Source of the DNA: Candidatus Latescibacterota bacterium
GTDB taxonomy: Bacteria; Latescibacterota; UBA2968
Assembly (NCBI GenBank): GCA_965208125.1
Contig: OZ242320.1
Coordinates: 1,184,001 to 1,248,000, forward strand
Reading direction: 5' to 3'
DNA: 64,000 nucleotides
Shown here: piece after piece, positions 19,479-29,870 of the stretch
Layout: every line of letters begins with the position of its first letter
Position numbering within the stretch: position 1 is the stretch's first letter
Made by a program: the position numbers and the translations under genes
The notes under the pieces: generated by a model
Database searches by the model: none
Told to the model about the DNA's origin: nothing
What the model saw: only the letters and a program-made list of their open reading frames with translations

Positions 19479-21269
19479 TCACTGACGTTCAACGTAAACG
19501 TAATAGGCACCGCAGATGGGCTGGTTGCGCTCGTCGTCGAACCAGGTGTGCAAAAGCGTGGGGCCCGGCTCCAGATCCACGGTAAACACAGCACCCTGAT
19601 CATCAGGCTTAACGGGCCTGGCGTAGAATTGTCCACCGATCAGCACACGAGCTCTGGCAATTGGCAGTGCAATTCCCGCTTTCAGTTCGCCATCGGTCAA
19701 TTGAGCCGCCTGGCAAGCCTCTCTCAGCTTGAGACCGCTCTCTCTTGGCCAACGCCGCAGTTCAAAAGTGTACTTACCAGCGGCTTTGACCATCAGGTGC
19801 CAGTAACTGTTCTTCCGCACGGCCGTCCTCACCTGCCGCTGCTGATCCACAAAGACATCCCGCCACTCGCAAGCCGACAGCGTCATCGGATTTTCGGCTT
19901 CACTGCCGATGGTAATCCGCTGCACTTGATTGGCGACCGGTTCCACTTCTCGCCACCATGCATCCAGGTAATCCCTCATCTGTCGGACAATATCAGGGTG
20001 CTGATCGGCAACATCGAGATTCTGTTCGGGATCGCTATCCAGATCATACAGTGCCGTTCCTTCAAGCAAGCGCCACCGTTTCCAGAGCACAGCAGCACCC
20101 TCGCGTCTTATGAAAGAAGGGCTGTCGGGCGTCGGGTAGTCCAGCTCCCCGGGCATACGGCTGTAATTCACCGTCAACATGCGTTCTTCCGGCACCTGCT
20201 CCGCACCCCGCAAAACCGGAGATAGGCTAATCCCGTCCAAACGCAATTCGGCCGGCGGTTCCAGCCCACAAAACTCAATCAAAGTCGGCAAAATGTCCTG
20301 CACCTGAGTCAGTCCCTCAATCTCCCGGGGTCTGCCCAGATCACCATTTGGCCAATGTAAGAAAAACGGTACCCGGTGCCCACCTTCCCATAGCTCGCAC
20401 TTTTTACCCCGCATCCCGGCATTGTAATAGACAGAACCAAAAGTACTGCCATTATCAGTCATAAAAATCAGGATGGTATCCCTATCTACATCCTGTTCTT
20501 GCAGAAAGCGTCGAAGCGCACCGACCTGAGTATCCAAATTTCGAATCATAGCGAGAAAGCGAATGATATTTTCTCGCAAATTTTCGGGAAGTGCAGGCAA
20601 CTGGTGTTCATCCTCTGCAAATGCCGCCTCAATGGCCTCGCGATCTTCGGCAGGCACAAAAAGTGGGGCGTGAGGGGCATTGGTCGGCAGGAAAGTAAAA
20701 AAGGGTTCTGAAGCCGCGATCCGTGCTTGCATCCACGCTTTTGCCGCTTCGAAAAAGACCTCGGTACAGTATCCTTCCTGTCGCACGCGAGTGCCATTGT
20801 GACAATATACATCATCGAAGTAATCGTTCTCCCAGTAGTCGGGCACCGAACTGATGTGAGAGGATGGAAACCAGAGACTTTCCTCAAAACCGCGGTCCTG
20901 AGGACGGTACGGATAGTTGTCGCCCAGATGCCATTTGCCAAACACACCCGTTCGGTAACCGTTCGACCGAAAAATATCGGCCATAGTCGGCAAATCTGGT
21001 CGCAGAAGCGAGCGTCCGCTGCTCACGTTTACAGCACCATTGCGTGCCGCATCAAGTCCGCTCAGCAACTGGCCGCGAGTAGGCGTACACATGGGCGCGA
21101 CGTGAAAATCCATCAGCCGAATACTTTCCCCGTGCAAGCTATCCAGATTCGGCGTTCGGGCAACAGGATTGCCGTGACAGCCCAGATCGCCATACCCCTG
21201 GTCGTCGGTAATGATCAAAATCACATTGGGGCGGGAAGGGTGCAGGTTTGATGATTCATATTCTTTCAC
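19479..21269 (-). CDS. Arylsulfatase (S1) with C-terminal extension
   Basis: TDDQGYGD, CTPTRGQL, GKWHLGDNYPYRPQDRGF, EGGHRVP. Confidence 0.92.
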   Translation of the reverse strand: MKEYESSNLHPSRPNVILIITDDQGYGDLGCHGNPVARTPNLDSLHGESIRLMDFHVAPMCTPTRGQLLSGLDAARNGAVNVSSGRSLLRPDLPTMADIFRSNGYRTGVFGKWHLGDNYPYRPQDRGFEESLWFPSSHISSVPDYWENDYFDDVYCHNGTRVRQEGYCTEVFFEAAKAWMQARIAASEPFFTFLPTNAPHAPLFVPAEDREAIEAAFAEDEHQLPALPENLRENIIRFLAMIRNLDTQVGALRRFLQEQDVDRDTILIFMTDNGSTFGSVYYNAGMRGKKCELWEGGHRVPFFLHWPNGDLGRPREIEGLTQVQDILPTLIEFCGLEPPAELRLDGISLSPVLRGAEQVPEERMLTVNYSRMPGELDYPTPDSPSFIRREGAAVLWKRWRLLEGTALYDLDSDPEQNLDVADQHPDIVRQMRDYLDAWWREVEPVANQVQRITIGSEAENPMTLSACEWRDVFVDQQRQVRTAVRKNSYWHLMVKAAGKYTFELRRWPRESGLKLREACQAAQLTDGELKAGIALPIARARVLIGGQFYARPVKPDDQGAVFTVDLEPGPTLLHTWFDDERNQPICGAYYVYVERQ

Positions 21270-21297
21270 AACAGTCCACCTTTCAATATCGCTTTAA

Positions 21298-22515
21298 TCA
21301 GGTCTTTTTCAGATCTTCCCTGGCCATTTGCTCCCTTTCTCGACGCATCGCCTCACCCAATCCACTTTTGTAATAGTATTCCGGCGGCCACCAGTGCTCC
21401 GTCTGTCGCATGTTTGGGGCATCCTCGTCCTGACTCAAGTCGCAGTCAAATCGAGCCAGAATACTGTGCTTTCCAACGCCTGTAAAGTGACAAAGCCCCC
21501 ACGTAATCCCGCGTCCGTCGTCGGTATTGGTAAACGCATCCGGTACATAAGGCCCCGGGGCGATGGGCATCAGGCTGACGGTAGAAGCGATCTCGAAATT
21601 GATTCCATCTGGGGCAAACTGAATCGTATTGTGCTCATTTCCATGTCGAATCGCAAGCGCGGCAATCCCGCCCTTGAAGGGAAACAGACCCGTTTCATGT
21701 CCCGAATTCAACACGGGATTGAGCGGGCATTTTTCAAACGGTCCCAGCGGATCGTCGGCAATGGCCAATCCCTGTAATCGGATGTTTTGCTTCTGTGCTG
21801 CGTTCATATCCGATTTATAGTACAGGTAGATTCGACCTTTGTACACCAGTGGATAGGGGTCGTGAATAGAGAACTGATCCCAGGACCCTTTTGGACCATT
21901 GGGAATCACAACCTCCTGTGTCGGTGTCCAGGGCCCATTCGGCGAATCCGCCCATGAGATCGACACAGGACAATCATCGCCACGCGTACGCGTACCCGAC
22001 ATCTCCAGAAAGCTCTGATAATAGAGATAGTATCTATCCTTCCAAACGAGAATGTCGGGCGTGGAAACAGACCGCCATCCGGGGTGCGGTTTGGCAGGTC
22101 GTGGCACCGCAACGCCCTGTTCTTCCCATACAAAACCATCTTCACTCGTAGCATACCAGATTTCTGACAGATCCCAGTCGGTCGATGGAATTGATGCCGC
22201 ACCTCTTCCCGGACCCTGCGGAGGCGCATCCGTACTTCGCCGCGTGTACCAGACGTAATACTTGCCATCGGCTTTGATTACCTTGCTCGGATCGCGCCTC
22301 GTAAGCCTACCATCTCCCCCCCGGTAATCCAGCCCTTCAAGTTCCGTATATCGAAACTGGGAATACAGCTCATTCCACCAGGTAGAAGGCTCACTGTAGT
22401 TCGCAAAAAGCCGGTCCATAGCACTGCTCAAAGGCAGATCCGGTCTTTCTCTTGGCATGACGTACGGAAAAAACGCTGCACCCTTGTTCTTCTCATCGTT
22501 CATTGATGTCTCCAC
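21298..22515 (-). CDS. GH117 alpha-1,3-(3,6-anhydro)-galactosidase-like glycoside hydrolase
   Basis: N-terminal SxAxxR (SSAMDR), RRDPSKVI, YYVWYT, WDLSEIWYATS.DG, STPD, HDPY, NSGHET. Confidence 0.85.
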   Translation of the reverse strand: METSMNDEKNKGAAFFPYVMPRERPDLPLSSAMDRLFANYSEPSTWWNELYSQFRYTELEGLDYRGGDGRLTRRDPSKVIKADGKYYVWYTRRSTDAPPQGPGRGAASIPSTDWDLSEIWYATSEDGFVWEEQGVAVPRPAKPHPGWRSVSTPDILVWKDRYYLYYQSFLEMSGTRTRGDDCPVSISWADSPNGPWTPTQEVVIPNGPKGSWDQFSIHDPYPLVYKGRIYLYYKSDMNAAQKQNIRLQGLAIADDPLGPFEKCPLNPVLNSGHETGLFPFKGGIAALAIRHGNEHNTIQFAPDGINFEIASTVSLMPIAPGPYVPDAFTNTDDGRGITWGLCHFTGVGKHSILARFDCDLSQDEDAPNMRQTEHWWPPEYYYKSGLGEAMRREREQMAREDLKKT

Positions 22516-22547
22516 TTTGTTCGACTATTGTGGGCCAGATCACCCAT

Positions 22548-23936
22548 TTAATAAATCAGCCGACCTTTGCGTAATGCAGGCTCATTATAGCGCTCCATCT
22601 GAGCGATCAGCTCAGCTTTAAACTTCTCCGCAATCTCTTTGTATTCGGGATCGGAATATACATTAACCAGCTCATCCGGATCCTTATGCAGATCGTACAA
22701 CCAGGGATCATCGACCTGTGAGAGAACCAGTTTATAACGTCGGTTAACGGCCATAATGGTCTGCGATCCTGAAGTAGTCATATAGACAATGCGATCATCA
22801 TCCACCACCTTTTCATCACTGAGAAACGCCGCAGCATCATTTAACCCATGGGCATCTGGAATCTCCTCCTCAATCCCCATAATGCCCAGAATCGTCGGAC
22901 CGAAATCAACCGTCGTATAGGCGGTATTCACAACTTTCCCCGGCGCGATCTTTCCAGGCCAGCGAATCACAAACGGAATCTTTGCACTGCCCTCGTAGGG
23001 CATCCCCTTGTTGTGGCGCCTATGTTCGCCCATCAGGTCGCCGTGATCGGCAGTAAAAATCACAATCGTATTCTGATCCAGCCCCCCGGCTTCCAGATCT
23101 GCCAGAATGCGCCCCACATTATCGTCGATGCATTTGACCATCCCAAAATACCTCTGCATCTGCCTCTGATTCAGTTCACGGGCCGTATTCCTGTCTCCAA
23201 CCCGGTGCCATTTCGGCATTTTCTCCACGGGAAAATCCATCGTGCGTGGATTTTGAAAAACCATATCTTTGTACATCGTGTCGTAGGGCGCGCGAACCGT
23301 GTTTGGCCCGTGCGGATCCGGAATAGAGACCATAATGCAAAAGGGATGATTCTGATCGCGTTCAATAACTTCCAGGGTGCGGTCAGTCAACCAATCAGTT
23401 GTAAACGATTTTTCGTCGGCACCATCTACTCTGCTGGCAGGCCCACCCCTGTTGTTCCTCGCTGCAACATAGGGCATGCCGTCCTCTTTTAGACCGAGTT
23501 TCTTCCAGTGACCGCGGTTCCACATATACCGATTGTCCTCAAAACCAAATTTGTGCTCTGGCGCAAAGCCGGGCTTGGCCTCTCCACCCAGATGCCACTT
23601 GCCGAGATATGAGGTGACATACCCCTGGTTTTTGAGCACTTCGGCAAAAGTGATCAACCCCTCTTTCAGGGGGATATCGTTTTTATACACGTCGGTAGCA
23701 ATCGGATAAAGGCCGGAAACAAAAGAAGCACGCGAAGGCGAGCAAACAGGCGACGACGAATAATAACTGTCGCAAATAGCCCCGTCCCGGGCGAGCGAAT
23801 CAATATGAGGCGTATCCACTTTAACGCCCGATCCCCAGACAAAAGCCTGATCCTCTGTCATCAGATCGCGATAACAACCCAACGTGCGAAAATTGTGTTC
23901 ATCCGTGTGAATAATCAGCAAATTCGGCTTACTCAT
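22548..23936 (-). CDS. S1 sulfatase, possibly acting on carrageenan
   Basis: IHTDEHNFRTLGCY, CSPSRA, GKWHL, TADHGD; lies between GH117 and another sulfatase. The substrate is inferred from context. Confidence 0.88.
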   Translation of the reverse strand: MSKPNLLIIHTDEHNFRTLGCYRDLMTEDQAFVWGSGVKVDTPHIDSLARDGAICDSYYSSSPVCSPSRASFVSGLYPIATDVYKNDIPLKEGLITFAEVLKNQGYVTSYLGKWHLGGEAKPGFAPEHKFGFEDNRYMWNRGHWKKLGLKEDGMPYVAARNNRGGPASRVDGADEKSFTTDWLTDRTLEVIERDQNHPFCIMVSIPDPHGPNTVRAPYDTMYKDMVFQNPRTMDFPVEKMPKWHRVGDRNTARELNQRQMQRYFGMVKCIDDNVGRILADLEAGGLDQNTIVIFTADHGDLMGEHRRHNKGMPYEGSAKIPFVIRWPGKIAPGKVVNTAYTTVDFGPTILGIMGIEEEIPDAHGLNDAAAFLSDEKVVDDDRIVYMTTSGSQTIMAVNRRYKLVLSQVDDPWLYDLHKDPDELVNVYSDPEYKEIAEKFKAELIAQMERYNEPALRKGRLIY

Positions 23937-23963
23937 TTCGTCCTCCCTGTTTGTCATACACAT

Positions 23964-25367
23964 CTATTGTTGCGCAACAGCGCGTTCGTACTCCATATCA
24001 TAATACGGATTGGGTTCGTTGGGGATAATGGCTTTTGTATCGCGTTGCCAATTTTTGAGATCCTTCAAAAGTTCAGCGGCTTTTTCGGGATGATCAGTGG
24101 CAAGATCATTTTGCTCCCCAATGTCATCTGCAATATTGTAAAGTTCCACACTACCGGTTTCAAATCGCTCAATCAGTTTCCAATCGCCTTTGCGGATGGC
24201 TCCTGAAGGCACAGTACGCCAACCCGTACCCTGGCCAGCGCGACCACCCCGCAAGGGCGTGATATTTTGGCAATCAGATCCTCCGAGATACAGAGGGAAG
24301 TGCCAGTACAGGGTATCGCGTTTAAGGGATGTTGCGCCAGAAAAAAGAGGAATTAGACTTTCACCATCAACAGGTTGATGCTCAGGAAGTGTACCGGAGG
24401 TAACTTCAGTTAGGGTAGGCATAAAGTCGATACCGTAGATCGGTACATCGCATGTTGTGCCCGCAGGAATGACACCGGGCCAACGCATGCAGGTAGATAC
24501 GCGGATACCGCCTTCGTAAAGCGCGCCTTTGCCACCGCGTAACGGATCCATATTGGTGTATTTGGCTATGCCGCCATGATCGGCTGAGAAGATGACAAGA
24601 GTGTTGTCTGCAAGACCGAGATCGTTGAGCGTTTGCATCACGCGCCCCACACTTTCATCAACGCTTTCAACCATAGCCCCATAAGGCGGGTTGGAATGTC
24701 CGGCTTTCTCGTAGGCGGCAATTTTATCAGCTTTGGCTAAAATGGGGGCGTGCAGTGCCCAGTGGGCGAGATAAAGAAAAAAAGGGCCATCCCGATTGTC
24801 TTGAATAAATTGAACCGCTTCGTCGGTAAGCCGATCTGTGAGATACTCACCTTCAGGACCATCGCGCATAGCAGGATTTTTATAAGGGCTAAAATGGCGT
24901 CCCATGCGCTGGTGACCACCAACGTTGTGATCAAAGCCTTTAGAAATGGGTCCCGCTTCAGGATCATTGCCAAGTTGCCATTTGCCGATAGAACCACAAG
25001 TATATCCTGCAGATTTGAGCACTTGCGGTATGCAAGTGACATCGGGTTTGAGGGCTATTGGATAATTAGAAGGAATGCGTTCTAAATCGGAATCGCGAGC
25101 AGGCGTTATCAATTTCATCAGACGAACATCGCCTTTAGATGCACCACCAGGTGTATAGATCTCATGACGCGGTGTGTACATGCCCGACATAATACTGGCA
25201 CGGGAAGGCGCGCAATTAGGCCCACAAGAATACGTCTGCGGAAAAATCATGCCACCGTGAGCAAGGCGATCAATATTCGGCGTCTCATGCGTCTTACAAC
25301 CCAGAAAGCCAACATCGCGCCATCCCATGTCTGATATGATGATAAAGACGATATTTGGCGATGTCAT
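23964..25367 (-). CDS. S1 sulfatase
   Basis: CAPSRA, GEYLTDRLTDEA, LRGGKG.LYEGGIRV, LYWHFP. The N-terminal DD pair reads SD. Confidence 0.88.
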   Translation of the reverse strand: MTSPNIVFIIISDMGWRDVGFLGCKTHETPNIDRLAHGGMIFPQTYSCGPNCAPSRASIMSGMYTPRHEIYTPGGASKGDVRLMKLITPARDSDLERIPSNYPIALKPDVTCIPQVLKSAGYTCGSIGKWQLGNDPEAGPISKGFDHNVGGHQRMGRHFSPYKNPAMRDGPEGEYLTDRLTDEAVQFIQDNRDGPFFLYLAHWALHAPILAKADKIAAYEKAGHSNPPYGAMVESVDESVGRVMQTLNDLGLADNTLVIFSADHGGIAKYTNMDPLRGGKGALYEGGIRVSTCMRWPGVIPAGTTCDVPIYGIDFMPTLTEVTSGTLPEHQPVDGESLIPLFSGATSLKRDTLYWHFPLYLGGSDCQNITPLRGGRAGQGTGWRTVPSGAIRKGDWKLIERFETGSVELYNIADDIGEQNDLATDHPEKAAELLKDLKNWQRDTKAIIPNEPNPYYDMEYERAVAQQ

Positions 25368-26098
25368 ACGGACCTCCTTATAAGCGGCCTGTCAGCCACC
25401 CATCTTACCGCCTTTTCCACCAGATAACCCAGTGAATCTGTCTTTTCGGGGTGCGCGCTAAAACAAAACACACGGCCTTTTTCAAACTGCGTGCGAACAA
25501 TAGCTGAAGTGCCTGGCATAACGCCTTTGGGCGCACCTTTTTTTGCGATCTCAGTGCGATATAGAGCAAGACTTTCGTAATCCGGAACGAGTGGATCATC
25601 CAATTCGCGCCGTCCCAGCAGCGGTCCCTGACCATAGAAAATCTGAAGAGTTTTCTCTTCAATCCCAAAAAATTTCTGGGCATCCGGAGACAGTTCAATC
25701 GTCACAATGCCAGTGCCCCGCGCCCAGTGTTCTCGGTCTATCACCTTTGCATCTATCAAGTCGAGTGACCACGGATAGTCATTGGTCGCAAGGTAGGCTC
25801 CAGCACAGATCCCGATAAAACCGCCTCCCTCTTTTACAAATTCCCGCACTGCTTCTCTCCCCTTTGACTCCAGGGCACGCCCCTGCTTTCCTCCGCTCCC
25901 GCCGGGTTGGATGAGAACATCCACCTCCGAGAGCTTACCCCCACGAATAGCCAGAGCATCCATCCTGACGATCTCGAAATCCGGCTTTCCCTTTGCCTTG
26001 CCGAGAACATCGAGAAGTTCCGCGCAACTTGGACCTGCGCCTTCGCCCTCATACACAGCGATCCGAATCCGAGTATTTTTTATTTTCTTTTCACTCAT
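25364..26098 (-). CDS. Class I glutamine-amidotransferase-like (BPL_N-type) hydrolase
   Basis: QPGGSG, GICAGAY nucleophile elbow and HPE; the start overlaps the upstream stop (ATGAGTGA). Confidence 0.8.
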   Translation of the reverse strand: MSEKKIKNTRIRIAVYEGEGAGPSCAELLDVLGKAKGKPDFEIVRMDALAIRGGKLSEVDVLIQPGGSGGKQGRALESKGREAVREFVKEGGGFIGICAGAYLATNDYPWSLDLIDAKVIDREHWARGTGIVTIELSPDAQKFFGIEEKTLQIFYGQGPLLGRRELDDPLVPDYESLALYRTEIAKKGAPKGVMPGTSAIVRTQFEKGRVFCFSAHPEKTDSLGYLVEKAVRWVADRPLIRRSV

Positions 26099-26924
26099 AT
26101 TGCACAACCGGTGGTTTTGATGGCTCAATAGGCCGAATAATCTTTCGCCGTGCAGGCGTCAATCTCGCCACCAATTCATCGGAGTATTCATACCCCAAAC
26201 GATCTCGGGTCCAAAAAGACGAATACCGATAAATCAATGCGCGGCGCTCCCCTTCATTGGTCCTCACGCTGGCACCGTGAATCAGTGCATCTGTAAACAC
26301 AACGGCATCTCCCGCCTTGAGATACACCTCCTTGAGAAGGGGAGCCATATCACCAGGCTCGAGAACATAATCCTTCCTGCCCTGCCTTTTCTGATGCACC
26401 AGCGGATTTGGAATATTGGATTTATGGGATCCGGGAACGACCAGTGTCCCACCATCCCCTGGACCAATATCATTCAGCGCCAGGAGAATGTTCAAATTGC
26501 CACAGAAAAATTTATTGTCGTGATATTCAAAACTCGTGCGATACATCTTATTGTGACCGCCCGCATGCAACCTCACATGGCTCCCACGACGGATGATCGG
26601 AAGAAAATTCATCCAAATATGCAAACCGTGGTTATCCACATACCGCTTGACAAACTCGATCCAGTTGGGATTGTCGATCAACGCCTCAAAACACGAACCC
26701 CCTTCGATAACATTCCTGAAACTCACACTGTGACTATTGGTATTTTCATTCTTCACAACATGAACATTGCCCAACCATTCCTCACCAGCGTCGCTCAAAA
26801 CAAGCCATTCATCAACCTTCTCATTGATCTCGGCAATGAGTTCCGACTGCACAGCATTCTTTAAAATGAGAAAACCCTCAAGATCAAATCGATAATCATC
26901 CCATTCATCCGGTGTCGATATCAT
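26091..26924 (-). CDS. PhyH-like Fe(II)/2OG oxygenase, H-x-G variant
   Basis: FDLEGFL, LHAGG, GDGGTLVVPGSHK, FTDALIHGAS.R...ERR. Confidence 0.85.
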   Translation of the reverse strand: MISTPDEWDDYRFDLEGFLILKNAVQSELIAEINEKVDEWLVLSDAGEEWLGNVHVVKNENTNSHSVSFRNVIEGGSCFEALIDNPNWIEFVKRYVDNHGLHIWMNFLPIIRRGSHVRLHAGGHNKMYRTSFEYHDNKFFCGNLNILLALNDIGPGDGGTLVVPGSHKSNIPNPLVHQKRQGRKDYVLEPGDMAPLLKEVYLKAGDAVVFTDALIHGASVRTNEGERRALIYRYSSFWTRDRLGYEYSDELVARLTPARRKIIRPIEPSKPPVVQYE

Positions 26925-26945
26925 ATTCCCATCCCTTCTTTAAAA

Positions 26946-27782
26946 TCATGCAGTCACAGATTGAACAGGCGGTCTTATCGGCACAACGGGCCGCACAATT
27001 TTTCTGCGCTCGGGTGTAAGCCTGGCGAGCAATTCTTCTGACGGCTCAAAACCGGTAGCATTTTTCATCCAAAATGCAGTATATCGATAAATCAGTATCC
27101 TGCGCTCGCCGTCATTGGTCCGCACACTGGCACCGTGTGTACAGGCATCGGTAAAAATAACAGCGTCGCCTGCATTGAGATGCATTTCCTTTAAATAGGG
27201 CGTCAGTTTCGTTTCCTCAACCACATTCTTATGTCGCCCATTCTCCTGCTCAAAAACCAGAGGATTAACCACATTGCATTTATGCGATCCAGGCACAATC
27301 ATAGTACCGCCATCCCCGGAACCAATATCATTCAGCGCGAGCAAAACATTGAAATTGCCACAATAGAAATTATCGTTATGATATCGAAAACTCGTGCGAT
27401 AACTCTTGTTGTGCCCGCCGGAATGAACAGGTACATAGCTGCCTGTCCGGGTGACAGACAGATGGTTAGCCCAGATATACAACCCATCATTATCGACATA
27501 GCGCTTCACATACTCGAGCCAATTGGGATTATCGATCAACGCCTCAAAAGCTGGTCCCCCCTCAATAATATTGGCAAACTTGATATCGGGACCCTGTACG
27601 GGGTCGGGATCACTACAACGAACATGGCCGATCCATTTGTGTCCAGCCTCGTGTAAACTAACCCAGTGATCGACCGTCTCATTAATCTCCGCAATCAACT
27701 CTGGAGAAACGACATTCTTCAGAACGAGATATCCCTGAAGATCAAAAAGATAGTCCTCCCATTCAGTAGGTGTAGAAGTCAT
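26946..27782 (-). CDS. PhyH-like Fe(II)/2OG oxygenase, H-x-G variant (tandem paralogue)
   Basis: FDLQGYL, VHSGG, GDGGTMIVPGSHK, FTDACTHGAS; collinear with the neighbouring gene along its whole length. Confidence 0.85.
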   Translation of the reverse strand: MTSTPTEWEDYLFDLQGYLVLKNVVSPELIAEINETVDHWVSLHEAGHKWIGHVRCSDPDPVQGPDIKFANIIEGGPAFEALIDNPNWLEYVKRYVDNDGLYIWANHLSVTRTGSYVPVHSGGHNKSYRTSFRYHNDNFYCGNFNVLLALNDIGSGDGGTMIVPGSHKCNVVNPLVFEQENGRHKNVVEETKLTPYLKEMHLNAGDAVIFTDACTHGASVRTNDGERRILIYRYTAFWMKNATGFEPSEELLARLTPERRKIVRPVVPIRPPVQSVTA

Positions 27783-27799
27783 ATCTTCTCCTCTTGCTA

Positions 27800-28900
27800 T
27801 TATTCACAGTACAGCTTCGCCACGGCAATTGCATCCTCTTCCCAGCAGGTATAAAACAAATACAACTGACCATCTTCTTTAAACGCATAAGAATCGTGTA
27901 CCACATCGCCCTCCCAATCCTCCTCAGCGCGAACCATATCTTCGGGGGGATAACTCGTCTGCCACGCCTGCCAATCGCCCGCACTCAAATCCACAGTCGA
28001 GCGCATAATATATTCCGGCTCCTCCCATTTCCGGCTGTAAAACACCTCCAGCGTCTCCCCATCCTCCATCACCCGCACAGACCCGTGGCGCAGACCCAAA
28101 CCCCCATTGGGAAGATGATCGCCCGCCAACCCGTCGGCGACGAGATCATCTTCAATAGGCGACGATTCTGCAGACACCCACAGAGGATCGCTCGTATTCC
28201 AACCCTCTGGCACATCCCAAGGACATTCGGGATCAGCAGGCTTCAAAAAAAATCCGCGCTGTGCAAAACCGTACCAATCGCCACGATAGGTAAACACGCG
28301 CAGATAATTTCGATCCGCAAATTTCAATCGCTTCAAACCGCCGCCTTCTTCCCCACCAACTTCGGGACGGTTAAAATTCAACCCGGACTTCGACATCGCC
28401 ACAAATGAACGCTGGCCATCATTGCTGCTCCCGTGAACCACCATGATAAAATGCCGATTATCCTCATCCACAATCACCTCGGGAGACGACACATGTCCCT
28501 TCAACACAAGACCATCCACCACATCAATCGTCTCAGTCTCATTGCCCAGCCGCAAATCAAAAACCCCGCGCCCTGGAAAACGAGTATCATCCAACTTGCC
28601 GGCATTAAAAAGCGTCCAATCCGCCGAATCCACCCGATCTGACCACGCCATGTGAATACTCGTCCCGTGATGCGACGCACAATAGAGATAATAATTCGCA
28701 TCCGGATGTGCCCGATCTTCCGCAGGCACCCAATCGGGAATCCGAACCACCGTGGGAAACATCGCATCGCCGCGCAACCTCGACCGATTGGGATCTGCCC
28801 CAATCCTGAGCCGCCGCACATCATTTCCCTCGACAATTGGCCTACCGTGCAATTTCTCAACCCGATAAGTTACTTCACCCATGTAATTCTCCATATTCAA
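27800..28900 (-). CDS. Uncharacterised protein, probably a beta-propeller glycoside-hydrolase-like fold
   Basis: YYLY..SHHG, HVSSPEV, LRH, HDSYAFKEDGQLYLFYT resemble five-bladed propeller blade motifs. Confidence 0.55.
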   Translation of the reverse strand: MNMENYMGEVTYRVEKLHGRPIVEGNDVRRLRIGADPNRSRLRGDAMFPTVVRIPDWVPAEDRAHPDANYYLYCASHHGTSIHMAWSDRVDSADWTLFNAGKLDDTRFPGRGVFDLRLGNETETIDVVDGLVLKGHVSSPEVIVDEDNRHFIMVVHGSSNDGQRSFVAMSKSGLNFNRPEVGGEEGGGLKRLKFADRNYLRVFTYRGDWYGFAQRGFFLKPADPECPWDVPEGWNTSDPLWVSAESSPIEDDLVADGLAGDHLPNGGLGLRHGSVRVMEDGETLEVFYSRKWEEPEYIMRSTVDLSAGDWQAWQTSYPPEDMVRAEEDWEGDVVHDSYAFKEDGQLYLFYTCWEEDAIAVAKLYCE

Positions 28901-29853
28901 TGACGTTCATCCAGCGGCGTCCAACCGCGCCCGGGGGCATGAACCTTCTTTCTATCCCACCCCTTTCGCAGCGTGGCAAAAGCCTCGGGATCTCGCATCT
29001 CCCGCTCGGGATTTTGCGTATCCTGAATCACGAAATACGCCTCGCCCGGATGGCACGCCATCGTCACTGGCTCGCGTTCTGGCATATAATCTTCGGGCAC
29101 TTCGCCGATATTGCTCGGCACGCTAAAATCCTGATATCGCAGATCCATACTCCACCGCACAACATCCGTCTTATTTTCAAACGAAGCATGCGGCGTCAGA
29201 TTCGTCAAAAACAAAACCGATCCCGCCGACATCTCCACCGGTATCGCGCCCTCGGGAATATTTTCAGGTGCAATTTCCAAAAACCCCGCGTGACCACCCG
29301 TATAATGTCGAATAATCCCCTTATCCTGCACCTTTGGAATCACCCACAAACACCCATTATCCAGCGTCGCATCCACCAGCGGTACCCAACACGTCACCAT
29401 CAAATACTCATAGCAATGCGCCATCGAATAGCCCGCATCCTGATGCCACGGTACCTCCCCGCGCGAATAGCCCGGCACCTTGGGACGTATGCGATAAATC
29501 GATGTTCCGACGATATCGGGACCAATAATATCCTCAATACACGCAATCAAAGGCCGATGCCGCAACGCCTTCAAAATCCCCGGACCGTGAAACCTGCCCG
29601 ACCAGATCGACATCAACACCTTGTGAGCGGCCTCCGGGTTGTATCGGTTAAGCCTGGTCAGCCGCGTCTCAAATGGCTCCTCGGCAAAATCGCGATCCAG
29701 CTCGCCAGCGGCAATCAACTCATCGCACTTCTCCTGAACCGCGCCCGTCAACCCATCCTTCAGCAGTTGCAAATCGTCCGAAGAATAAATGGTTTCTTTA
29801 ACCACATAACCCAACTCTTTGAACTGTCGAACTTCCTCTGCTGTAAGCCCCAT
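28897..29853 (-). CDS. PhyH-family Fe(II)/2OG dioxygenase
   Basis: VPWHQD, WVPLVDAT.DNGCLWVIP, TPHAS..N...VRWSMDLRY. Confidence 0.9.
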   Translation of the reverse strand: MGLTAEEVRQFKELGYVVKETIYSSDDLQLLKDGLTGAVQEKCDELIAAGELDRDFAEEPFETRLTRLNRYNPEAAHKVLMSIWSGRFHGPGILKALRHRPLIACIEDIIGPDIVGTSIYRIRPKVPGYSRGEVPWHQDAGYSMAHCYEYLMVTCWVPLVDATLDNGCLWVIPKVQDKGIIRHYTGGHAGFLEIAPENIPEGAIPVEMSAGSVLFLTNLTPHASFENKTDVVRWSMDLRYQDFSVPSNIGEVPEDYMPEREPVTMACHPGEAYFVIQDTQNPEREMRDPEAFATLRKGWDRKKVHAPGRGWTPLDERH

Positions 29854-29870
29854 AAGTATGTCCTTTCCGA

